A stretch of DNA of 64,000 bases, from the NCBI GenBank assembly GCA_002869615.1, contig PKUH01000001.1, positions 71,937 to 135,936 on the forward strand, given 5' to 3'. Numbering within the stretch: the first letter of the stretch is position 1; each line of letters opens with the position of its first letter. Under the pieces are notes generated by a model. It searched no databases. It saw only the letters and a list, made by a program, of their open reading frames with translations, and had not been told where the DNA came from. A program made the translations under genes and the position numbers. Origin of the DNA: Desulfuromonas sp. (lineage in GTDB: Bacteria > Desulfobacterota > Desulfuromonadia > Desulfuromonadales > UBA2294). Positions 10,791 through 18,374 of this stretch are shown here, in pieces.

Positions 10791-11978
10791 ATGAGCAGAA
10801 CCAGGGCTATCTATGATCGCCAGTTGCCCAACCTGGAAGGGGCGTTGCATTCGCTTTACCAGGAGATCAGGCGCCTTCTTGAACGACACGATTTCACCCC
10901 GACGATCAAGTACCGGGTCAAGCGCTTTGATGCCTATTTCGACAAGTTGAGAAAAAATCGTCTGCGCGGCACCGGTCGCGGCAATCGATCACTCGGGGAT
11001 TTTTTCGCCCTGCGCATCATTTGCCCGTTTCTCGAAGACATCGAAACAGTCGAGCGGATTCTCATCGCCAATTATGACGTGATTGAAACTGAGCGGAAAT
11101 CGACTCAACACTCATTTCGTGAATTCGGTTATGACTCGGTTCATTTGATGATCAAACCGAAACAGCAGATGATCAAGGCTAAACTGCCCGGAGTACGCAA
11201 CGTCTGCGAAGTCCAGCTCCGGACCATCCTGCAGGATGCCTGGGCTGAAGTCGAGCATGAGCTGGTTTACAAATCGGACATCTCCCTGCCAAAGGAATCG
11301 ATCCGGCGCAAGCTGGCCTCACTGAATGCTACGCTGAATCTGTCCGATCTGATCTTTCAGGAGATCCGGGATTACCAGAATGAAATCCGTCAGCATGGAC
11401 GTATGCGCCGGAGTTCGGTCCTTGAAGAGACGTTGAATCTCGATCTGATCAATATTGATCCGCCATTACAGAACGGACCCAAGCCGATCGCGTCGACCCT
11501 TAAAAGCCGCCTTGAAAAGACCATGTTGCGCGCCCTTGAAGCCCACAGCAGTAACGACTTCGATACGGCGATCGAGCTTTATGGAGCTATTCTCGGTATG
11601 CGGATCGAGACACCGATCAGGGCTCTGGTCTACAACCATCGCGGCATGGCCTTTTTTGCCCAGGGCAATCATTCGCGGGCGTTACGCGATTTCAACCAGG
11701 CGATCCGGTATGACCCGACGAGTTCACGAAGTTTATGCAATCGCGGGTTGTGCAACCGGATACTTAAACGTTATGACAAGGCACTGGAGGATTTTGAAAC
11801 GGCCCTCGAAATCGATCCGGTCAACGCCGATTGTTATTTCGGCCGCGCCCAGACCTACCTTGATACAGGGCAACCGGAACTGGCCAAAAACGACTGCCGT
11901 AAAGTGCTGGAGATCAACCCGGAGCATCAGGCGGCCCACGACCTGCTCAACCGAGCCGAACCCCCTGATTTATCATAA
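10791..11978 (+). CDS. RelA/SpoT-domain (small alarmone synthetase-like) protein fused to C-terminal TPR repeats
   Basis: The N-terminal half has RVKRFDAYFDKLRKN, FALRIICPF, FGYDSVHLMI and EVQLRTILQDAWAEVEHELVYK, which are nucleotidyl/pyrophosphokinase motifs of the RelA_SpoT fold. The C-terminal roughly 150 aa holds about four TPR units (AIELYGAIL...ALRDFNQAIRYDP...ALEDFETALEIDP...AKNDCRKVLEINP). The start is ATG 10791, or alternatively GTG 10782. Confidence 0.8.
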   Translation: MSRTRAIYDRQLPNLEGALHSLYQEIRRLLERHDFTPTIKYRVKRFDAYFDKLRKNRLRGTGRGNRSLGDFFALRIICPFLEDIETVERILIANYDVIETERKSTQHSFREFGYDSVHLMIKPKQQMIKAKLPGVRNVCEVQLRTILQDAWAEVEHELVYKSDISLPKESIRRKLASLNATLNLSDLIFQEIRDYQNEIRQHGRMRRSSVLEETLNLDLINIDPPLQNGPKPIASTLKSRLEKTMLRALEAHSSNDFDTAIELYGAILGMRIETPIRALVYNHRGMAFFAQGNHSRALRDFNQAIRYDPTSSRSLCNRGLCNRILKRYDKALEDFETALEIDPVNADCYFGRAQTYLDTGQPELAKNDCRKVLEINPEHQAAHDLLNRAEPPDLS

Positions 11979-11980
11979 CA

Positions 11981-12007
11981 AAAAAGGGGCAGAGTTTCCT
12001 CTGCCCC
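11981..12007 (-). terminator. terminator hairpin between convergent genes (good T-run on the minus strand)
   Basis: GGGGCAGAG (11986-11994), loop TTTC, then CTCTGCCCC (11999-12007). The AAAAA at 11981-11985 gives a U-run for the minus-strand transcript of the 7-TM gene. Confidence 0.65.
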
Positions 12008-12030
12008 CAATTAACGCCTTTCCAAACCGA

Positions 12031-12729
12031 TCAGCGCAGAAGCTTTGCCAGGTACAGGAAGGTGCCGCCAACCGAGAGTCCGGCCAGAACGTTGCCAATC
12101 TCCTTGCAGTAGATCGACAGGGTGTAACGGCCGAGATACTCGCCCTGGGCTGCGAGGGCATCCAGACTGTAGACATTGATATAAAGTTCCGAGCCCTTCC
12201 ACAGGAAGATGAAAGCGAAGACAAAGATAAAAGCAGCAAATCCCTTACTGATCGGGCTGTCCTGGATATTGACATATATCTTGCGAATAAGGTCGATATT
12301 GATCAGCGAGAGAAAGACCCAGTTTGTATTCTCAACGATGTTAATAACTTCAAGAGTCCGCTCATTCGGAGTAATATTGATCCAGATAAAAACCGCCGAA
12401 GCGACGATAACTCCGATCGTGGCCAGATAAACAAAGGCTTTGTTTCCTTCCAGTTCGAGCGTGCGCGAAAAAACATAATACTCCTGAAAGCCGTGACTCA
12501 TGATCAGGATTGCCATGGTCCCGACAATCGATGTCATTGCCTGAATTTCGGGGATTTCCAGGCCGGGGAGGAAGTCAATCGCGGTCGGCAGAATCTCGGC
12601 GACCAGTATCAGGAAAAAGCCGACAGCAATACTGGTCCAGACCCGGGCATTCCCGAGACTGAAATAGAACGAGACGATACCTGCCAGAACCCAGAGAGGG
12701 AGAGTGATAATTGTCCAATCCATACCCAT
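12031..12729 (-). CDS. hypothetical polytopic membrane protein (about 7 predicted TM helices)
   Basis: A 232-aa ORF with about seven hydrophobic stretches. A strong SD (GGAGGT) lies 6 nt before the ATG at 12729. I recognised no family motif. Confidence 0.7.
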   Translation of the reverse strand: MGMDWTIITLPLWVLAGIVSFYFSLGNARVWTSIAVGFFLILVAEILPTAIDFLPGLEIPEIQAMTSIVGTMAILIMSHGFQEYYVFSRTLELEGNKAFVYLATIGVIVASAVFIWINITPNERTLEVINIVENTNWVFLSLINIDLIRKIYVNIQDSPISKGFAAFIFVFAFIFLWKGSELYINVYSLDALAAQGEYLGRYTLSIYCKEIGNVLAGLSVGGTFLYLAKLLR

Positions 12730-12775
12730 AACATTACCTCCAACCTGTTAAGATCAATAAAAACAAAGCCCCCTC

Positions 12776-13726
12776 CTACGAAATGGAGCGGGCAATTTTC
12801 TGCATATCTTCAATCATCGATTTAATAGCCGAAGGACCGGCAACCATTTTGGCAGCCCGGGAAAGATCGTCAAGCAGTTGACTGAACATGGCATCAGTCC
12901 ATTCGCCATTTTCAGGAATGTGCTTTTCCATCTCCTTGTCGACCAGTTGGATACCGATCTTGCCAATATGCTTCTCGGCGGCACTGCGCAGCATCGATTG
13001 TAAACGGATGCGACGATTTTTCTGTTCCATTTCCTTGTCGCGATTCTGTTCCTGTTGCTGGTTTTTCTTGTTCTTGGCAATCATTTCGTGAGCTTTTTTC
13101 CAGAGCGCCGACAGGTCAGCCGATGCCATCAGGTCAGCCAGGTCAATCTCATCAGCGCCGCCGGAGCTCAGAACATCGACTTTGGCTCCCGGCAATTTGG
13201 CCACCGACATCGAATCGTCGGCCTTGGTCTCGATATCGGTCGAGCCGTCATGGAAAAAGCCGAGCGGATTACCATCCTTGTAGAAAATCAGAGCGATCTT
13301 TTCGTCGTTGTAGATCCGCAGGCAGCCGCTCATCTTGTCTTGCTTGAGCTTGCCGAGCAGCGCCTTGATATCAATCAACTTAAGCTCCTGACCTTTATAC
13401 AGGATGTTTCCGTGCAACAGGGCATGGATACTCATGGCGAGTTCTGTCGACAGCTTGTAGATATCGAGAATCAACAATCCGGAGAGGGAGAGTTCAAAAA
13501 TGCGGGCGATCGCGTCGTAAGCAATCAGACGATCGTTGGTCTCCTCGTACAGTGCACTGATCAATTTACCGGAGCTGAAGATAATAACCCCGGTGCCGGC
13601 GGCAGCCTCAAACCGGAGATAACCGGTAAAGCCACTCTTCTGCAGTTTGCCGAGAGCGTCAGGCATATTGATTTTTCCGGGGTTGACTTTTTCCCGGACA
13701 GGATTTCCGCGGGGCAAGAGAATCAT
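12776..13726 (-). CDS. hypothetical cytoplasmic protein with two tandem DUF4388/PATAN-like repeats, a charged K/Q/E linker and a small C-terminal helical domain
   Basis: There are two internally similar segments: LQKSGFTGYLRFEAAAGTGVIIFSSGKLISALYEE and LKQDKMSGCLRIYNDEKIALIFYKDGNPLGFFHDG. Both fit the tG-L-v...g-i-f-G-v-A pattern I associate with DUF4388. The family assignment is from memory only. Confidence 0.6.
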   Translation of the reverse strand: MILLPRGNPVREKVNPGKINMPDALGKLQKSGFTGYLRFEAAAGTGVIIFSSGKLISALYEETNDRLIAYDAIARIFELSLSGLLILDIYKLSTELAMSIHALLHGNILYKGQELKLIDIKALLGKLKQDKMSGCLRIYNDEKIALIFYKDGNPLGFFHDGSTDIETKADDSMSVAKLPGAKVDVLSSGGADEIDLADLMASADLSALWKKAHEMIAKNKKNQQQEQNRDKEMEQKNRRIRLQSMLRSAAEKHIGKIGIQLVDKEMEKHIPENGEWTDAMFSQLLDDLSRAAKMVAGPSAIKSMIEDMQKIARSIS

Positions 13727-13785
13727 AGCGTCACTTCTTTAGTATTCCAGTCTTAGAGGTCATAAATACCAGTAAACATTAGATT

Positions 13786-13812
13786 ATTATATGAAACACA
13801 GAATCGTGTCAA
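13786..13812 (-). promoter_or_regulatory. near-consensus sigma70 promoter for the DUF4388-like / 7-TM gene pair
   Basis: On the minus strand, TTGACA (13812-13807) and TATAAT (13791-13786) are both perfect hexamers. The spacer is only 15 nt. The promoter lies about 55 nt upstream of the ATG at 13726. Confidence 0.5.
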
Positions 13813-13819
13813 TCGCTTT

Positions 13820-13838
13820 ATTGCGGTGGCACCGCAAT
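13820..13838. promoter_or_regulatory. 19-bp perfect palindrome (operator or transcript-end hairpin)
   Basis: ATTGCGGTG-G-CACCGCAAT has 9-bp arms. It sits 5 nt after the methyltransferase stop and immediately upstream of the -35 box at 13807-13812. No U-tract follows on the minus strand. Confidence 0.4.
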
Positions 13839-13842
13839 TCCT

Positions 13843-14835
13843 TCACGGTTTTCTGCCGCTAACAACAGCGGTATCATCACTGACATTCAGGACAGCGATA
13901 TCGACAAATCCTGCGGCCTTCATCCATGCCCCGATTTCTGCGCCGCTATAGGTTCGCCCCCCTTCAGTCATGACCAGCATATGAACGGCAAAGATCGAGG
14001 CCATCACCGGCGAAGCCTTGTCGTCGTCAAGCAGGAATTCATGCACCATCAATTTACCACCGCGGTCAAGTGCGGCATACAACTTCCTGATCAGCTCCTG
14101 GCAGCCGCTTTCATTTTGTGAATGCAGGACCTGGGACAACCAGATCGCATCGGCACCGCCGGGAATCGGGTCGATCTCGAAATTTCCGGGATAAAATCTG
14201 ACCTTGCTGGCCGACTCCAGATCTTCCAGTCGTTTGCGGCCGAGGGCCAGGGCGTCGGGCAGATCAAAAATACGGATTTCCGAAAGCTCGGGCCAGAACT
14301 GTTGGAATGCGGCCGCGTAAGTACCGGGCCCACCGCCGACATCAATCAGCACTTCCGCCCGCTCGAGATCGAGCTGCGGCACGACCTGGGGTGCGAGGTC
14401 ACGGGTGACATCATTCATCCCCTCGATAAAATCACGGGTCCATTCATCATTCTCGCCAAGGGCGTTTGCTTCGGCAGCAAAATCGGGTTTGCCGGTTTGG
14501 ACAACACCGGGTAGCCGGCTCCAGGAATCCCAGCAGTGATGGATATGCCGAAAAATTGCTCCGCGATAGGTAGCAGGATTGCCAAGATGTTCGTAAACGA
14601 CCGGATGGTTGCGGTACCCGTGATCACCTTTTTCAAGCATATTGAGAGCGGTCAGGGCATTTAGCAGCAACCTGAGAGCGCGGCGGTCAACCGAAAGAGC
14701 TGCGGCCAGTTCGCCAGGACTCTTTTCAGCAGCGCCAATCTCGAGAAACAGTCCGAGATCATTTGCTGTCAGAAAAATCTTGGCGGCCTGAAAGCCGCCG
14801 GCCAGGCGTTGCATGTCACGAAAGGATTTAAACAA
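13843..14835 (-). CDS. class I SAM-dependent O-methyltransferase (Methyltransf_2/COMT-like, with N-terminal dimerisation/wHTH domain)
   Basis: The SAM-binding glycine motif is VLIDVGGGPGTYAAAF. The overall 330-aa layout is typical of the family. The substrate is unknown. Confidence 0.75.
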   Translation of the reverse strand: MFKSFRDMQRLAGGFQAAKIFLTANDLGLFLEIGAAEKSPGELAAALSVDRRALRLLLNALTALNMLEKGDHGYRNHPVVYEHLGNPATYRGAIFRHIHHCWDSWSRLPGVVQTGKPDFAAEANALGENDEWTRDFIEGMNDVTRDLAPQVVPQLDLERAEVLIDVGGGPGTYAAAFQQFWPELSEIRIFDLPDALALGRKRLEDLESASKVRFYPGNFEIDPIPGGADAIWLSQVLHSQNESGCQELIRKLYAALDRGGKLMVHEFLLDDDKASPVMASIFAVHMLVMTEGGRTYSGAEIGAWMKAAGFVDIAVLNVSDDTAVVSGRKP

Positions 14836-14859
14836 TTTGACCTCCCGGAGAAAAATTAT

Positions 14860-16170
14860 TCAAAACTGATCCTTGGCCCGCAAATCGGTCATAACATGCC
14901 GGCGGAGTTGAGCGAAACGCCCCGCGCCCTCATCCTCGAGGAAGTGAATGGGCGGATCAGGGTCAATTGCGACAAGGATCATCTCGCGAAACATTTCCGA
15001 ATCGTCCCGATCGGTTGCGGCATTCATCATTTTTATGATTTTTTCGGCGGCGGCCTGCGGTACCAGTTCAGTAACAACCTCTTCACCATCTTCATCATAG
15101 AGCGCAAGGGTGACATCCCCCCCTTCACCGGTCAACCCGGTATCGGGGAGATGAAACAGTAGCCCGCCGCGCTCCGGGAAGAGTGCCTGCAACTCCGAGT
15201 TGGCCAACAGCAGATCAACACAGCTGCTATGGAAAAAGCCGGTCTGATGATGACGCAGATCCTGGAAAAAATACCCATCCTGCCCGGTTACACGGCGACC
15301 ACAGTTCGGGCATTCTCCGGTCAGGTGACTGGCCCGTCCCGGCGGCATTTCATCAACGGCGGCGAGAACCCGGGCCGGCGGTTTGCCTGACAGCCTGTTC
15401 TCGACATTGTACTGCTTGCCGACAAAGGCCGCCAGATCCTTGAACTGCTTATGAACCGAGGTACCCCTGGCATGTGTCAGCACCGGATAGATCCGGCTGC
15501 TGAAGCTGGTCGTCAGACTTTCAACTTTTGGACTCTTCGACATGTAAGTATCGACAACCTGAAAATCACGTTCCTCGGCTGAGTAGACGAGAAAATCACG
15601 CATGCCTACGGTTCTCTCCTTGAGGCGGGTGCGGCCATCGATCAGGCTCGGCACCAGCCAGAGGCTTTCCGGGTCACTGCCGGCATCAAGCATCGCCTGA
15701 CGCAGAGCCGAAGCGTTGACCAACGATGGCCGATCTTTCACCGGCACCAGTACGAGGTCGGCTGCCAGCAATGCACTATGGGTGAAATAATCGAGAATCG
15801 GCCTCGTATCGATCACCAGGATGCCGGAGAGATCGCCCCGGGCGAGAACCTTGCTCAGATGAGAGATATCATCATCGGGCGGATTCAGTTGGCGCTCGGA
15901 CACCATAAATTGAACACCGTATTCGCCAAGTTGCACCATTTCGTCGAGCGGCTTTCCGGAAAAGATCCCGGCGACCGAGTACCCCCGGTGTTCACCAATG
16001 GCAAACATATTGTCGACACTGAAGTGATTATCAAAAGAGATGACCGTTACCGGCAGGTCTTCACAGAGCGCTTTCAGATAGACAGCGAGATTGGTGGCGA
16101 TGGTCGTTTTTCCGACCCCCCCTTTTTCGCTCGCCACAGTAACAACAAACAGTCCGGTATCGTCCATCAC
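14860..16170 (-). CDS. ParA/MinD-family P-loop ATPase with a roughly 180-aa C-terminal extension (CxxC...HxxC zinc-ribbon-like motif plus an acidic region)
   Basis: A deviant Walker A motif, SEKGGVGKTTIATNLA, lies at the N-terminus. The C-terminal part has ECPNCGRRV...FFHSSC followed by DEDGEEV and DRDDSE acidic stretches. Confidence 0.75.
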   Translation of the reverse strand: MMDDTGLFVVTVASEKGGVGKTTIATNLAVYLKALCEDLPVTVISFDNHFSVDNMFAIGEHRGYSVAGIFSGKPLDEMVQLGEYGVQFMVSERQLNPPDDDISHLSKVLARGDLSGILVIDTRPILDYFTHSALLAADLVLVPVKDRPSLVNASALRQAMLDAGSDPESLWLVPSLIDGRTRLKERTVGMRDFLVYSAEERDFQVVDTYMSKSPKVESLTTSFSSRIYPVLTHARGTSVHKQFKDLAAFVGKQYNVENRLSGKPPARVLAAVDEMPPGRASHLTGECPNCGRRVTGQDGYFFQDLRHHQTGFFHSSCVDLLLANSELQALFPERGGLLFHLPDTGLTGEGGDVTLALYDEDGEEVVTELVPQAAAEKIIKMMNAATDRDDSEMFREMILVAIDPDPPIHFLEDEGAGRFAQLRRHVMTDLRAKDQF

Positions 16171-16180
16171 AACCCCCGTT

Positions 16181-18103
16181 TCAGGCAGATTCCGCCAGGC
16201 TCAGTTTTTCCCAGCGGATATAAAGAGCATCAAGCTTATCTTTCAGCTGTTGGTGCTCTAACGACACGTCTTTCCAGCGTTCGGCGTTCTGATAAAGCTC
16301 CGGATCAGCCATTTCGGTTTCAAGTTCGGCTAATTTTTCTTCCAGTATCGCAACCTCTGACTCGACCGCTGCCAGTTCCTTTAGCCGTTTTTTTTCAACC
16401 CGCTGTTTCTCCTTGCGCTCAGCGTGAGACTGTACCCGTTCCGCCTTGTCGACTACAGCGTTCGCCTTGTCCTGTTGCTGCTCAACCCGGTCATGGCTGT
16501 GACTGCTGTCGCCCTGCCGCTCCTTGGCGCGCAGAAAATCTCCGTAGTTGCCGAACCAGGAGACAACCTGGCGGTTGCCGACCTCGAGCACACGGGTTGC
16601 CAGTTCATCAACAAAATACCGGTCATGCGAAACAAACACAACAGTCCCGTTATATTTTTTCAGCGAATCGAGAAGAACCTGTTTCGAATGAATATCGAGA
16701 TGGTTGGTCGGTTCGTCAAGCAGCAACAGGTTGGCCGGACGCAACAGCAGCTTGGCGAGCGCCAACCGGTTGCGCTCGCCACCCGAAAGGACCGACACCT
16801 TTTTTTCGACATCGTCACCGGAAAAAAGAAAAGCGCCGAGGATATTGCGTAGTTTCGGCACCATGGCGAACGGTGCATCGGCACTGATTTCGGCAAGCAC
16901 ATCGTTATCCCGGTTGAGCTCTTCCGCCTGGTCCTGGGCAAAATAGGCCTGATGCAGATTGTGCCCTTCCTTCCGCTCACCCCGATCCGGTGCCTCAATT
17001 CCCGCGAGTAGCCGCATCAGGGTTGACTTGCCGGCGCCGTTCGGTCCGACCAGAGCGACCCGCTCGTTCTGCTCAATCAGAACATCGACATCTTCAAGAA
17101 CCTGCAGATCGCCGTAGCGCTGCCCGGCCTTACTCAGCTCGACCGCCATACGGCCGCCCTTGGGCGGCGGCGGGAAATCGAATGCGATCCTTTTGCGCTC
17201 TGGCGGCAGCTCGATCCGCTCGATCTTCTCCAGCTTCTTGACCCGACTCTGAACCAAAGATGCCTTGTTGGCCTGGTAGCGGAAGCGGTTGATGAACGCC
17301 TCGGTTTTGGCGATCTCGTCGTCCTGTTGCTTCTTGGCGTCGCGCAACGCCCTGATCCGTTCATCGCGGGCAGTCAGGTAGCGGCTGTAGTTACCGGGAT
17401 ATTCGGTCAGAGTACCGTTCCAGACCTCAACGATCCGGCCGACCACTTTGTCGAGAAAGAAGCGATCATGTGACACCAGAACCACCGCGTGCGGATAGGC
17501 GAGAAGGTAATCCTCGAGCCAGTCACGGGCCGGAAGATCGAGATGATTGGTCGGTTCATCGAGCAACAACAGGTTTGGCCGCTGTAAAAGCAGCTTCGCC
17601 AGGGCGATCCGCATCTGCCAGCCGCCGGAAAATTGTTCACACGGCTTTTCGAAATCGGCGGAAGAGAACCCGAGACCGGTGAGCACCTTGCCGACCTCCG
17701 ATTCCATGGTGTAGCCGCCCCTCTTTTCGAAGATCTCCTGCAACTCGGCATAGCGTTCAAGATCGTCCTTGTCATTGCGTTCGGAGATGGCCGTTTCTAG
17801 ATGACGCAGCTCCTGCTGAATCGACAACAGCTCGCTCAAGGCGGAGTGCGCCTCAGAAAAAAGGCTTTGACCTTTGTGGAGCAGCCCCTCCTGCGGCAGG
17901 TAGCCGAAGGTTGTTCCCTTCGCCACCTGCACCATTCCGCCATCAGTATCGACCCGCCCGCACAGTAGCTTGAGCAGGGTTGACTTGCCGGCGCCGTTAT
18001 CACCGCACAGACCGATCCGGTCATGTGGCCGGATGTGCCAGTCGATGCCGGCAAAGATTCGACGATCGGCGAAGTCCTTTATGATTCCTCTGAGTTGAAG
18101 CAT
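16181..18103 (-). CDS. ABC-F family ATPase (Uup/YheS-like, two ABC cassettes plus C-terminal coiled coil)
   Basis: There are two Walker A motifs (GDNGAGKST and GPNGAGKST) and two LSGG signatures. No TM domain is present. The C-terminal tail is K/E-rich and helical. Confidence 0.85.
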   Translation of the reverse strand: MLQLRGIIKDFADRRIFAGIDWHIRPHDRIGLCGDNGAGKSTLLKLLCGRVDTDGGMVQVAKGTTFGYLPQEGLLHKGQSLFSEAHSALSELLSIQQELRHLETAISERNDKDDLERYAELQEIFEKRGGYTMESEVGKVLTGLGFSSADFEKPCEQFSGGWQMRIALAKLLLQRPNLLLLDEPTNHLDLPARDWLEDYLLAYPHAVVLVSHDRFFLDKVVGRIVEVWNGTLTEYPGNYSRYLTARDERIRALRDAKKQQDDEIAKTEAFINRFRYQANKASLVQSRVKKLEKIERIELPPERKRIAFDFPPPPKGGRMAVELSKAGQRYGDLQVLEDVDVLIEQNERVALVGPNGAGKSTLMRLLAGIEAPDRGERKEGHNLHQAYFAQDQAEELNRDNDVLAEISADAPFAMVPKLRNILGAFLFSGDDVEKKVSVLSGGERNRLALAKLLLRPANLLLLDEPTNHLDIHSKQVLLDSLKKYNGTVVFVSHDRYFVDELATRVLEVGNRQVVSWFGNYGDFLRAKERQGDSSHSHDRVEQQQDKANAVVDKAERVQSHAERKEKQRVEKKRLKELAAVESEVAILEEKLAELETEMADPELYQNAERWKDVSLEHQQLKDKLDALYIRWEKLSLAESA

Positions 18104-18374
18104 GGCTCCTTTTATATCACAGCTCTGCTTCCCGGAAAACGCTAAACGAGAAAAAAGCTTGAAATTTCGACCAGATAGCTATAATATTGATAATATTAAA
18201 CATCTTGACAGGTCGCCTCCGACCATTTCCCGATCGTTGAGGCATAACATCCGGTCATCTACAATTCGACTCGCGCGGCCATAACAAACCGTTATGGATC
18301 GTTTGGCAGTTAAAGAAGCTGCCAGCATAAATTTATGGGGTGTGCCGAGGTTCACCCGGAAAGTACAACTGAAT

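Noticed and set aside
12031-12729. The 7-TM protein as a microbial rhodopsin or heliorhodopsin.
   Set aside because: The only Lys in the last helix is 3 residues from the C-terminus (…FLYLAKLLR), not mid-membrane. There are no DTD/NDQ-type or retinal-pocket Trp/Tyr motifs that I can see.
11455-12825. A 456-aa plus-strand ORF spanning the 3' end of the RelA/SpoT-TPR gene and the whole 7-TM gene region.
   Set aside because: It overlaps a well-supported TPR coding frame and is antisense to a minus-strand gene with a strong SD and clear TM periodicity. Its translation is low-complexity and R/S/P-rich with no motifs. It is a typical shadow ORF in GC-biased DNA.
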